Origin: Tubiluchus corallicola
Taxonomy: Eukaryota > Animalia > Priapulida
Direction of reading: 5' to 3'
Assembly: GCA_030141605.1 (NCBI GenBank)
Contig: JAQGDQ010000287.1
Location: forward strand, 62,001 to 126,000
DNA length: 64,000 bases
Shown here: piece by piece, positions 28,681-42,423 of the stretch
Layout of the letters: each line of letters begins with the position of its first letter
Position numbering within the stretch: position 1 is the first letter of the stretch
Translations under genes and position numbers: made by a program
The notes under the pieces: generated by a model
Databases searched by the model: none
Told to the model about the DNA's origin: nothing
What the model saw: only the letters and a program-made list of their open reading frames with translations

Positions 28681-29712
28681 TATGTACATCTAGTGACGCC
28701 GTTTTGAAACGTTTGCACAATCGCTGGTTCAGAGGATATCAATCTTACACCACCTAATTCAACAAAAGCCAGTGTTTACAAGTGAAATACTTTTTGCCAT
28801 GAGTCTCTGGTTTTCGTCGAAGGTTAACTTATAAAATTATAATCATTGGATTAGTTAGCTAATTGACTCGCAGATATATTAATCAACTATTGATTGACTG
28901 ACTGAGCTCAAACCTGTTTATTTGACTAATCGAATCACCGACTAACTGGTTGTTTGACTCTTTGACTAACTGACTAACTGACTGGTTCACTGATTTATTA
29001 ATTATTAAGCAGCTAACTGACTGACTTGATTAAATGCTCAACTTGCTTTGTTGCAATACAAAATTAAATTCGTAACTTATTTTTTCTGCATCTCAGTGAC
29101 TAAAGCATGTAATAAATATTGCCTATAACTAGTGCTTTGTTGCTATTTTTCCATCGTATTTCACAAAAAGCCCACTCTACCATTCATGTTAGTTTGATAT
29201 TCAAATTATTTTCAGATATTGTTACATTTTTGTTGAAATTTCCTCTTTTTTAGCAGACACCAAGAAAACCCAATACTATAATCATGATCAAGCAGAACTA
29301 ACAATAAACTTCCTACAAACAGGACTCGTACTCAACTGTAACACAAGTGCATAGTTAGAGGAACAACTTTCCGTCACACGATGGTCGCGGAGAGAATGAG
29401 AAATCAGCCGTTTTGTTCTCAATGAAGTTTGCAGCCGCTCGTTAAAACACGATCATTATTCCTGTAGTCGAACTTTCATAGCCAGTGCCATTAGTCTGTT
29501 CTGCACTCAAATCGAATTAAGGCGATTTAGAGCTTGCCTGGCATCGAGTTTTAGTTGGTTTGCGTTGGCCTAGGAACAAAAATTCATCTTTTTTACAGCC
29601 GGAAAAACCCCACGGAAAACAGATAAACCAGACTCACAGAATTGCAACTTTGTCTTAGACATTCAAAGTTTAGCTTACATATTCTGGAACAATCTTTTCT
29701 TTCATCAATAAC

Positions 29713-29975
29713 AAATGATCGATGATCCTCGTAATTCTCTATATCAGAAAGTGGTTATGCCACGTAGAACCATTGTTTTGGCTCCAGCCTTATATTTAGT
29801 TATTGGCCGTGGGCTTTATATATACTGGTCAGCTGATGTCATAAATAAATGATCGATGATCCTCGTGATTCTCTGTATCAGAAAGTGGTTATACCATGTA
29901 GAACCATTGTTTTGGCTCCAGCCTTATATTTAGTTATTGGCCGGGGGGGGGTTATATATACTAGTCAGCTGATGT
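29713..29975. repeat. 134-bp tandem duplication
   Basis: AAATGATCGATGATCCTCGT begins at 29713 and 29847. Confidence 0.95.
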
Positions 29976-30602
29976 TTATTTTCTGTCCAATGGTGGTCAT
30001 CGCGTGTAAAACCACGTGTTTACTACTACGGGTCGTTGCTATTGGTTCCTGATCTCTTATTGGTTGATCGTGGCCTGATCCTAAGATGGATAACACTTCT
30101 TTTGAATCCATTACTAATTCATTACCAATGTTTTTGGTGTGTTTGCAGTTTAAGTTAACTATCGAGTATCGATCGTGGATCGACTGACATGTTTCTTACT
30201 GATGTCCATCTCAGTCTTTCATACTAAATCAGATGAAGACTGTACATTGGCTTTATTGTATATAAAAGGACAGTCATCAATTATTTTATTTTGATCTCTC
30301 CACATGTGCTTCCTCTTAGTGATCAAAGGTCTAACATTCAAAGAATTAATGCAGGACACTAAAGCGTTGGAAAGGCAGGGAATGTTCCTCAGGGACGTTC
30401 AATGATCTTAATTTTCCAGTAAATCCGCCAGTTTATACAATGTTGAGGAAAATAAAAGACTTATAGCAATTCTAACTATACAATTGATGATTCTTTGACC
30501 ATCATAATTAAGCGACTATCTAGATTAGATGATAGCACTGTTATTAATATCACGCAAGCTTCGCTAGGATCCGTGTTCTAATACATAAATATCATGTACG
30601 TG

Positions 30603-30643
<41 letters not shown>

Positions 30644-32329
30644 TCTATATGTTCATAATGTCATAATGTATATACTTCGTGAATAAGTACATCTACGTAA
30701 TGTGCATCGTATACATTATGTACTCAATCTACACACATTATGTACTCATAACGCTCCTGTTTCGTGCATAATAATGTCTACATAATGTTCATCGTAATAT
30801 ACATTATTCTACTAATGATCCTCGTGATGATCATAATGTACTACTTCGTGTATAAACGTATCTACGATTTTGGAACGTGTGCAGAAGGTGGTGGAATAAC
30901 AAAATGCACTTTTTTGGCACTTTTTGTGTAGTTTGGCGAGGTTTTAGTCTCACAGGAAGACCTTTATAAGTGATCACCCCTCTTTCTCCAATTAACTTCA
31001 TACTTGCCAGTTTGTTAAACATAACAGTAACTGTGGTGATGAGATTTCATCGTGTATCTGCATAGTTTATAAGATGTATAGCCTTTATACAGATGTATAG
31101 TCTGGAATCAGTCTTCACAGTAGAAATCATTAAAATTTTATTGTCTATATGAAATCTAGACACAATTGTGTAAAGTTATTAATACTCCTTCCTGTAACAT
31201 TGTTGTGATAATTATTTTTATCACTTGTATGAATTAACTGTTATTTTATCCTGTAGGCTCGAGCCACAATATTCCTTTGTAAGGGGATTTTGTCTCTAAA
31301 AACGTCTCTTTCATTGTTGATTTAATCTGTTTTGTTTATTTGTTGCTGACGCATTATTTGTTTGTATGTAAGAGTGGTTCACAAACACATACATACATCG
31401 ATTTATAAACATATACATACATAGATTTATACATCTATATAAATGTTTGAAATGTCACAGAGGGCTGTAGACGAAACAGGAACCATACTACTATCGTATT
31501 AACTTAGATTGTGTTTCTCACAATTTATCAGATTAGTTAATTGAGTTCAGAAAAGCTTCAAAAGCGACAGTTTAACAACCATAAATAATTCCTAAAAGTC
31601 ACCTTCCTGAAAAGTAACAGCGAGTTGATTAATTCCTTGCAGCTGTCACAGTTAATTATTGAACACGACAAGCAAAACTAAGCGAAAATTTTATCATTTT
31701 GTTAGTCATTATGAGTTGTTATTATTTATTTTCTGTACATTTCTTAATTTTTTTATATATGACACACGGCAAGGCGGCAAGCATTCAACGGCAGAATCTA
31801 CATAATGTTGGTGTTTGTGGCGAGACCGGAGCTTTGCTCATAACCAACGTTAAGTTTCTAAGATGAGACACTGCACCAGCAGATGAGTCATCTCTAATTA
31901 TGCAGGCACAGTCTTTTTGAACGAGATAAACAGTGAGTGTCAATATGGTGAATAAAACCGCGTACAGCGAGTATCGAATCCTAACATTTACACACCAGAA
32001 ACTTATCAGTTTTAGCATTGCCTAACTATTTCCAAGAAACACACACGCACGCACACACACACACACACACACACGCACGCACGCACACACACACACACGC
32101 GCGCGCGCTCGCGCTTGCGCACAGAAATACATGTAGTGATCACTTGGCTATTCAGCTGGGTTCAAGATTATATATGTACATCATAGTCATCATAATTACG
32201 AAAAGTAATTACTAAGTATACGCGTATATCAATACTAAACAAACATTGCACTTGTTTAGCAGGCATGGCGACTTTGTGAACAAAAACGAGAAGTTGACGA
32301 AAAAGTAAAATACAAAAACGAAAAAGAAT

Positions 32330-32706
32330 CAAAAATTGTACAACAGAAAGTCGTACAAAGAAATTGTACATCAGATAGTCGTGCAAAGAAATTATACATC
32401 AGATAGTCGTACAAAGAAATTGTACAACAGATAGAGTGCAAAGAAATTGTACATCAGATAGATGTGCAAAGAAATAGTACATCAGATAGTCGTACAAAGA
32501 AATTATACATCAGATAGTCGTACAAAGAAATTATACATCAGATAGTCGTACAAAGAAATTATACATCAGATAGTCGTACAAAGAAATTGTACAACAGATA
32601 GAGTGCAAAGAAATTGTACAACAGATAGATGTGCAAAGAAATTGTACATCAGATAGTCGTGCAAAAAAAGTGAACATCAGATAGTCATGGAAAGAAATTG
32701 TACATC
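32330..32706. repeat. ~27-bp minisatellite (AAAGAAATTGTACATCAGATAGTCGTAC-like), about 14 copies
   Basis: Seen directly. Confidence 0.95.
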
Positions 32707-33014
32707 TCCTAGTCCTGCGCACTCACAAAACTGCTCTCATTTAAACTGACATTTGCTAAGATCCTATCTTGACGAAATTGCAAAGTTTCAGGCAGCAAAA
32801 GTAATTTTCTATCCTGGTTTTAATGGTGGCCGTAAACGGTAATGTTCTCATGAAGACGTAATTAAGAATGTAATTTAATTTGAATTTTAACATAAGTTTA
32901 GCACTGGAATAATTTGTGTGCAAATGCTAAGAATTAAATATCGCAGGATAGGTGCTTGCAACTCAAATTTTTTAAGGACTTCCATTATTCGATGCTCCTT
33001 GGAGAGAGTCGAAT

Positions 33015-33450
<436 letters not shown>

Positions 33451-34587
33451 TTTTCTTCTCGCATGTGCTAGAACAATCATGTTTTATGTTTAATTACATC
33501 TGCATCATGTTCTTATGTATTGTTCTGCATCTCCGTCCCACTCAACATAACTAAACATCAAGTCTCTGCAATCGAACATACATGTCATGTTTACAGTTAT
33601 TTGCAAAAATTTACAGTTATTTGTTAAACTAGGAATAAAATCTTGAACTTGATTTTCGCTCTTTTACTTCTTACAAGTTACGATAATTATGCATTTTCTA
33701 TCTTTAGGTTAAGTCCCTAATTGTTGCTTTTTTAAAAACAAAATTGCATTAGACTGATGAAGTACTGTGTGTTGACCAGCGAGCATAAACACGAAAGAAT
33801 TACCGTTACTAAACTAATTTTGCTGCTTGTAATTTTCTAAGAATTTCGTTTAATCTTTCTTTATATGACTTGTGCAACAATCTGGTAGGCCATCCCTTGA
33901 TAATTTAAAGCAATTTTTCCGCTTACAAGACTTTTCGTTTTTCAAATAGTAGTCTAACTGCCGACCAGAACTAACGTTATAACTACCTAAATATTGTAAT
34001 TTTTACATAAAGATTCATTGCAACAACAGTAGCAACTCACCAGCAACGGCAGCGGCGGCAGCAGTAGCAGTAGCAACTGTCGTGATGGCAGTAACAATAG
34101 CAACACATCGACAATGGAAAAAACAACAACAGCAGCAGCAACAAAAACGTAGGTAACAGTGGTAGTAGCAATGAAAATGACGGACAACAATTAGCAGCAG
34201 TAGGTCCAACATGTAAAGAACGACTTCAACAGCAACAGCAATACCCACACAATAAACAACAGTAACGCGGTGGGATATTATATTCTGGCCTGGGCTGCTG
34301 ACATCACAGCATGAATTACACAGCTAGCGAAAACCTAGTAAGGAAAGCTGCGTCCTTTATTGCACAAATACTTTCACATGCATTATTTTTAAAGATAAAA
34401 TGGCTTCCATTAGTCCACTTATTAGTGATAAATGACAATGCATGTGTTATAACGCTTGTATATTGTTCAAATTATGTACTCAAGTTAAAGTGCTTTATGT
34501 GGATGTATGTTGGCGTAGCGAAAATTGTGAGTCTGCTTTTAAAATTAGAATGATAGGTTTAACTTAGATTCTAGAAAATTGTATCAA

Positions 34588-35245
34588 TTTTTTTGGATCA
34601 GAAAAAAAGTGCTGGATTCCTAGAGGCGTTGACATGCTGTCATTGGTTATGTTGTTATTGGTTATGTTGCTATTGATTATGTTGTTATTGGTTATATTGT
34701 TGTTGGTCATGTTGCTATTGATTATGTTGTTATTGGTTATGTTGTTGTTGTTTATGTTGTTATTGGTTATGTTGCTATTGCCTATGTTGTTGTTGGTCAT
34801 GTTGCTATTGATTATGTTGTTATTGGTTATGTTGTTGTTGGTTATGTTGCTATTGATTATGTTGTTATTGGTTATGTTGTTGTTGGTTATGTTGTTATTG
34901 GTTATGTTGTTGTTGGTCATGTTGCTATCACTTAGAAAGCTATCGCAGACCAAAGTTTTTTTCGCAAGAGGCTGAATTTTTGCATAATGATACTACGGAT
35001 CATTTTAATTTTTGCCTTTGTACGAATACCACGGGCTCCATTTTTCACTTTTCCAAAACAACCCTAAAATATACCTATATCATTATATAAATGGATCTGC
35101 CCTAATAATGGGTATTCTAAGTTACGGATCCATGACAACCGTAAACACTTCCCATGATTTTCTTATGTGAACTATTAATTTTTACAAGAAATGATGAGCA
35201 GGTAAGATGTGTCAGATCCAAGCACATTAGCGCGTCCATCCTATA
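34588..35245 (+). mobile_element. DINE-1/Helentron-like element, copy 3, with internal 15-bp minisatellite
   Basis: Head TTTTTTGGATCAG...GTGCTGGATTCC, then the array, the same core blocks, and tail GATCCAAGCACATTAGCGCGTCCATCCTA. Confidence 0.6.
34634..34928. repeat. 15-bp minisatellite (GTTGTTATTGGTTAT)n
   Basis: Seen directly; about 19 copies. Confidence 0.97.
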
Positions 35246-35458
35246 TCCATCCATTAAAGTAGATTTTGCGCAAAAATATGAAATAACGCCAGCTGTATCA
35301 ATGACAAATTGGATAATGCAAGCTTTCTTGATTGCATTAAACTCTGGGTTTAGTTCCAGTAGTTATCTTCAGCTAATTTCATTTGGAAATGTGTTATCTC
35401 GATAAATCCGCATGCTCGGTTAAAGAATCAGTTGTGCTTTTTTAATCTTTGGCTATTA

Positions 35459-35534
35459 CTAAGGTGGGAATTGAACTCACGGATCCTAGATGAGAAACAA
35501 GCATGCTATAGCCTATCACTGAGCTATATCAGCC
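35459..35534 (-). mobile_element. tRNA-derived SINE head or tRNA pseudogene
   Basis: GGCTGATATAGCTCAGTGATAG (A box) ... GTGAGTTCAATTCCCAC (B box); no clean cloverleaf. Confidence 0.55.
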
Positions 35535-38132
35535 GGTGTCTTGTCGTTCATTCAGTGATTGTTAGTTTGATTAATAATTTGATAATTTTAAAAGCCATAA
35601 AAAGACCATAAAAACAACGATACTTACCGTTATCAGTTAAAACTGCTTTAAGCATTTCCAATGAAAATCTTGCAGACTTACACAGCCAATCGTAGGCTAC
35701 ACACGTGTGTGAGAGTTTGGTCACAAAACAATGAGAAAATAATAACTATTCACTTTTATTGTTCGAATCATACATGTGTGCCATTAGAACTAAGTAAAAT
35801 CATGGTTGTTTTTAATCTTGTCTTAAATGCTTTGACGTTAGAAGCGTGTAATTACTTTACCAGTTGCCTTGCGCTCTCTTAGACACGCTTTCCTTTCACC
35901 CACCATTTAGGAAGCCTCACAATGACAGAGTTTGGATCCAGCAGCTTCCTACACTCATTGATTAGAAAGAGCCTGAAGCCTTGGACATAAAAGCTGTTGC
36001 TATCATACGCTCGGCAAACTCTGCAGTAATCTCGCGGTGATATAAGACGATCCTACGTGATTTACGATCCTAGATATAATCACTCGCAGGTTTCCCTTCT
36101 TAAAAACTTCAAACAGGAATTAGTCTTCTGCATGATCTGTCAACTGTACCCTGTTTAGGTTTAAGATGTACGAAAACTAGTCTGTATTTATTATAAAGCA
36201 TTTATTTTTTAATAAACAGATTAAATAAATAACCGAACTGTATTCTTTTTGTAATACAAGTTTTCCGAAACAAACCAGTGGCCATACCAGGAAATGTGAA
36301 CACAGGTCCAGAAAAATGGAATTCTTGTGAAAAATTTGGTCGTGACAGGTATCTATCAACGTTCATGTTGAGAAGGGCGAGGTTTATAGCAAACCCAGAG
36401 AATTTCATGGTAAAGGAGTCCATAGATAAGAGGCTCGAAGGAAAAAAGTTAATCGCACATCACATTTAATGTTGTCCTCGAAGCAAAAGCTTGAAACAGA
36501 GAGGTAAATTAAATTAAATTAAAAAGAAATTCGAACCATTCAAGCCTTTAAAAAGCCGTCAATATTTTCTTATAATGGAATCCAGTGATGGGATAATGGA
36601 ATGCTTCCAAATCGGAAGCATTTTGTAGCAGAACATCAATGGAAAATTTTAAATGCACGTGGGAAGGAATTTCACTTGGCACACACAACTGCACGCATAT
36701 AACGAATTACACCGTTCGTTTAATTCATATATTTGAAATTTATTTATTATTTTTATTCAGTTCATCACACTGCAAGTTGAAACGCAAAATGCAGTGACAC
36801 GGTCTACTTAATACTGTTAGGTGTGGCGGGACCTGATTTACTCATTACCAAGGAATAATCCACCAAGGTGAGACATTGGACTGGCAGGGGTGTTTCAATA
36901 TCGACATCTTGTATATATCAGTAAATCCATCTCGAACAAGAAAAACAGCTGAATCATATGGAGAATAAACATTCTCAAAACTAGTGTTGAACCGGCATTC
37001 GCTCGTCTATTTGCTGACCTAGAACACACCGTAACCATTCAGCTATTTACTGCCCATGTCGATTTTTGTTTCTCAAGGCCCTATCAAAAAACTGCAGTTA
37101 GCGAAATAGCTTCATCCGGTCAGGACACGCAGGAATTTTGTTAGGAGTGATGTTGTGAACTTTTTATGTACATAGATGGCGCTTACATCAGTGAGAAGAA
37201 CCTTCCACCTGCACAGTTTCAGAGGATGGCGGCCAACATTCTTGAGTGTGTGACACGCTGCTTGCAGTCATAGCTACTGCAAACCCACACGAGCAGTTCG
37301 CTCTAGAAGACACTAGATAAGAAAAGATACACGAGAAATAGCAGTTGTCAACGCTAGACAGTTCATTCTTTTCTAAATAATGCGTGAAATGTGTAGAGTT
37401 TTCAAACAACCCTTTTGACACTTCTAGTGTATATTGCTGTACAAAAATAGTGGTGACATTTCTACGATGCCGATTTTTGGTCCATTAATAGTTATCCGAA
37501 ATCAAAATTCGGGAGGAGCGCAGGAATTCTTCACACAATTTAAGTACCCTAATCCTAACCCTTACCCTAACCCTTACCCTAACCCTAATCCGCTTCACGA
37601 ACTAATTTCTTGTGTAAGTGGAATTGTGAACTTAAGCTGGGCCGTAATATGCAGGGTGGTGCATAACTCTTTGCTAGGAGGGCACAAAAACAACGAGTGG
37701 GCTAATAGTACAAAACAGTTCGCTACAACACAGTACTGCTGAAACAAATGAAACAATTGCGAATCTGTGAAACCCTCAATATTCAGTATGAAAAACCTCG
37801 AATGTCTGGCGCAGCTTAATATCTTGAGAGGGTAAAATCGGAGTAGTGACCTCAAAAACTCGGGGATTCTTTTTTCGATTGAACAGAATTGCATATTAAT
37901 TCATCTATCTTCAACCCGCCAGACACACTCGAGCTATCCTGAAGGAAAGTGGTTGTTTAGATGATCTAAGAAACTGCCATTGATCAGTATTCAAGAGACA
38001 GGCTTGTGAGACATCTGCAAGATGTGTTGATGGGTCTTGAGTTCTTCACTGCTTCAGTCATACCTCTCAAGATTGCAGGCTGTTCGAGACACACAAGGCT
38101 TCCGTAGTAAATTGTGACCGCATGATAGACTC

Positions 38133-38329
38133 ACAATAAGCCTTTTCACAGTTCCATCGATTGATGATGATCATGAAAAGGTCAACGGTTAAGTGTGCCG
38201 GACTGATGCGGCAGACGGCTTTGCTTTATCCACACGTCACGTGATGGTTGTAGTTAAGACGCGTTGCTGTGGTACACTTAACCTTTGACCTACATCAGCG
38301 CACAACGAAACTGTGAGAAGGCTTATTGT
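38133..38329. mobile_element. Short palindromic MITE
   Basis: TIRs ACAATAAGCCTTTTCACAGTT / AACTGTGAGAAGGCTTATTGT plus an internal IR AGGTCAACGGTTAAGTGTGCC / GGTACACTTAACCTTTGACCT. Confidence 0.8.
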
Positions 38330-38849
38330 TTCAACAAACCGTTATTGTCGATTTATGCGCTTTGCAAATAAATTATCATTATCATTTATTATTGTTAATA
38401 AATTGTTCTGTGACATTATGTGTTGCTTTTGCAAATCCTAGCAAAACATTATCTACCAGATATAGCAAATGATCGCGGCATATGCTTGGACCTGCATTTC
38501 ATCAGCCTGCTTAGTAAATTGATGGGTGACCAGTGGGAAAAGTTCTGTGGGCAGTTTTATCCTCGCTTATCAACCAAATAAATGATATCGGCACTAATGC
38601 TCATTACCTTATTGGAGGATATAAACACTTCCAAGGGTGGCTGCTGGTTCAGCGTCTCATTTCGAAAGTCCAACCTCGATTCTGCACGGCCAAATTTTAT
38701 TTTTCTAAATTGACTGACAATTATTAAAATTACAAGAAAAAGTCATGAGAAAGGAAAAATACGAATGACAATGTCCACACACGGATAATACACCATTGTT
38801 CATAGCTCACATAAACCAGTATCATGATCAGACATTAACAATTTATTTT

Positions 38850-39170
38850 AATAAGGTACTATTCGTTATCGTTTTCTATTAATAACAGTGAAACAATCGC
38901 CAATGAATAGGCATAACGCTTTAATGTCAGCTTCAGATAGTTGCCTTATAGATGAAAACAGTGAATTATGGTTAGTGCTCTGTTTCATTATAACACATGC
39001 TGTAGTACAATGACAAAAAACGTGATCTTCGCTTTGAACACTTACTTTATCACATGGGCACACCAACATGTCCCTACGAGCTCACCTCCTTTTTCAATTA
39101 ACAAATTAATCATGAGATGATAATCTAGCTCTAGTATAAGCCAACCTAGTATATACAGTGACATTAATGC
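38850..39170 (-). mobile_element. Non-LTR retrotransposon ORF2 3' fragment (CCHC knuckle)
   Basis: RLAYTRARLSSH...IEKG followed by CPCDKVSVQSEDHVFCHC, with frameshifts. Confidence 0.7.
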
Positions 39171-42028
39171 TTCATGGACGCGCACGCTATATTAATGAAA
39201 CGGCCCACAGCGAGTACTGAACCCCGGGATCACCTTTACCATCTATTTACATTTCTTGTGGCTTGAATGTGGGTCTCGGCATTAAGCTAATTAGCTTTGG
39301 TGAGAACTACACATCATGGCTGTTCTGCTATGTACTTCGTTAAGTAATCTATATGTATGAGAAGAAATAGGGACTTCAACCCGAGAACAACGTGTGCACG
39401 TTCCAGGTTGTGAATTTGAATGTCAGTCACAGCATTTTCGCATAATATGTATAAAAACCTATTATTTTGTTTATGTGCAGACCATGCAGTTCAACAGTAA
39501 CCAGAATGCAAAAACTATATCGCAGTTATTGAACATAATAAATATAAAGCTATTGTTCAGCTGTCGTCTTAACTTTGTCATTTTTTTAGGATACTAGTCC
39601 GTCGACAGAGACTGGAACTGAGTAATGAATCAGGAGTCAGGACTGCTTAGCAGCTACGCGGTAGATACATAGATACTCTAGCAGCTTAGCATGCTGCCGC
39701 CATCTGTCCGTCGGTTATGAATTTTGGTACTGTGTTGGGTACAAAATTTTTAACTTCTATTTCTTGTTTCTAAAACGCAAACGTCTCCCTTACAAAAAAG
39801 GCTTTTAACTAACTGAATATATTGGGTCTGTACAACTAATGTTAGATTTATATTCCGTCTCAGGATGTATGGAGCGGCATACAAGTTGTGAAATATTACA
39901 TCAGACGAGAAAAGTTAAAAGATTCGGAATACGAGTGTAAAATTTTTTTACATAACCAGTATCTCCAAAAAAATTACATGTGAACAGACTTTTGTATAAA
40001 AATTAGCAAGCCTACAGCATTCATCTTTGCAGACAGAAAGGCCAGGTTGGAATCGTCAAATTACGGAATGCATTCTATTTTATACAGGTACATTTGCATT
40101 ACTGGGTTTCTCAACCATACCCATTACTAACATCAGGGGGTCGGCCAAAATCTGCCTTTGTAACACTATACACGCGAAACACCAGAAAATGGAATACGTT
40201 TATCACGTATGAACTTTTCATTAATTAATTAATTCACTGTTTTAACTTCTATCTATTACAATAAAAAATTAATTTGACGATGACGACAACGACGATGATG
40301 ATGACGATGGTGATGTTGATGATGATAATAATAATAATAATAATACTGCTGATGATGATGACGACGACGACGACGATGATGATGACGATAATAATAATTT
40401 TCTGATCATGATTTATGATTTGTATTAAGTATGCATCAAAAGCCATAGCACCAAGCCCCCGGATAGAAGCTTGCTTTGTCTGTTCGTGGTGACAGTCACT
40501 ATTGTAACTTGTGAGCTGATGTTTGTCTCTATACAGTGAACGAAAAGTCATAAACGAATTATGGTTAACAGTAAACAGCGCGGAGTTAAAACCAGCAGTC
40601 GCCATGTAGTTTTATAACGGAGAGTTTCATAATAATAATAAATGCTCCTGCCGCCGGAACTGTAAGTTGTAAATACTGGTGTAAAAGTAGGAGAGCAACA
40701 AATTATGACAATTTCATTCATTTTTATTATGTTTCTGGCACGTACGTCTTTACTAAGACAAAGTTTAAAACGGCAGTCAACGGTCAATACATTTTTATCG
40801 GTACAATGAGTTGTATCAATTTTTACTCGGCGCCGTTACAATCATGTTTAAGTTTGCGAACAAGGAATGTTTATGACAAAGCATCTTAATTCGAAGAAAT
40901 CATAAACAGTTGCCAAATATTTACAACTCGAGATGGTATATGATTGTGTTCTCATTAGCATTTTTTATTCCACTAATAATTTACGGATATCAATGTTTGC
41001 TTAGTCTTAGAGTGAGTGATGTTACAACAGCATATCAGTGGATTCGACAATAGGCGTACTGACATTCCGAATTTCAATTAATTGCCGTAATTTTAACTGT
41101 TAGCAGACTGATGCGTTCGGGGGCTGGGTGTTCTATTGTATGCGCGCGGCACCTAGCGGACATACTTCGAATTTTGTGGATAGTCCATAAATTACTATCA
41201 ACTCATTTAGCAGAACTTAGCATTAGCTGTTTGCTTCTGTGTATAGGGCTTACAGATCTAACTATTAACGCTGGATTATTTTAATAGTCCCACGTATAAT
41301 TTGTAGCTTACAACAATGTCTATCACGCCAATTAGGATGAACAATTAACATTATTTTCATATTTATTAGTGCCAAGAATACATACATTACAGAAAACAAG
41401 ACATACATACAACTTCAATTTTGAAACATGGTGATGAAAAAAACAATTATTGATAAAATAAACATTATAAAATCACTCATGTTAGTCATTTTATTTATTT
41501 AATTATATCACTGTACAAAGCCTATGTGATGGCATTAGAGATAAAGCAGCTGCATTAGAGAAAAACTAGCTAAATTTGAACTCTGTTGAAACTAGTGGAG
41601 AATGTATACGTATTCGAACAGCGATAAAACAACTCCCCGTCCCAGTGTCTCGGAATTACCTAGTTATATTGCTATTAGCATAACAATGACGAGTGCTCAT
41701 TGTCAGCTTACATTGTCCCGAATGTATAAAAATAAAGATGCAGTTACTGTGCTAAAATGTAAATTTTATGTGCTGCACGAAATGATTTAAATGTTCTAAT
41801 TTTTAATTTAAACCTGTAGAATCTTAGCCAAACCTTATAATTATTCCACGCTGCCAGAAAGAAGACTAGACATGAGTAAAAGTTTTGGGTAAATAAATTT
41901 AAAAAAGTGATTACAGCAAATAAATGCAGTTTCTAAATTAAAATTAGTTTAATACTAATTCTTTTCTTTTTAGGTTTATGAGTTCACTGTACTATATACA
42001 TTTAAAAAAATCGAACCATCAACCATAA

Positions 42029-42368
42029 CACGTGAATGTCAGAATCATATTTATTTTTCATTTCTTATTATATTTCTTTATTAGCTATAACCGGAAAAAA
42101 CGTCGAAGAGCTATAGAACGGTATAATAATGATGTAGTCTGATTTCCAGTAATTCACGTGCATTAGAAGCCCTGCACACGATGATGGGAACTGGCTGGTA
42201 CAGTAGGTACATTGATTAGGTCACGTGACTGAGCTACAGTGGAATATTGCGCGTGCGTCATAGCGGTCACGTGGGTCGTCGATTCCTAAACAAACGCGAA
42301 CACAAGATTATACTGGCGTGTAAAATTTTCCATTTTCTCCGTGGGTTTTCTCGCTTGTTGTTCAAAAT
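42029..42368 (+). promoter_or_regulatory. MXD proximal promoter with four canonical E-boxes
   Basis: CACGTG at 42029, 42155, 42222 (within GTCACGTGAC) and 42268, 100-340 bp upstream of the ATG; locally CpG-rich. Confidence 0.75.
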
Positions 42369-42423
42369 ATGAGCATAGCAGCCCTTTTACAAGCTGCAGA
42401 GTATTTAGAGAGGCGAGATAGAG
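42369..42423 (+). CDS. mxd: MXD exon 1 (Sin3-interaction domain)
   Basis: ATGAGCATAGCA...AGAG|GTAAGA; [18 protein letters not shown]. Confidence 0.96.

Noticed and set aside
32330-32706. Regular ~27-bp repeats superficially like a CRISPR array
   Set aside because: The units are head-to-tail with no unique spacers, there are no cas genes, and the context is eukaryotic.
33750-33805. Hammerhead-like CTGATGA...CGAAA
   Set aside because: Stem II does not close next to the core, and no stem I/III or NUH site could be formed.
35459-35534. Functional tRNA gene
   Set aside because: A and B boxes are present but the acceptor and anticodon stems do not pair; it is called a SINE head or pseudogene instead.
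37545-37592. Telomere-like (CCCTAA)n
   Set aside because: It is short, degenerate and interstitial; most likely part of a dispersed repeat.
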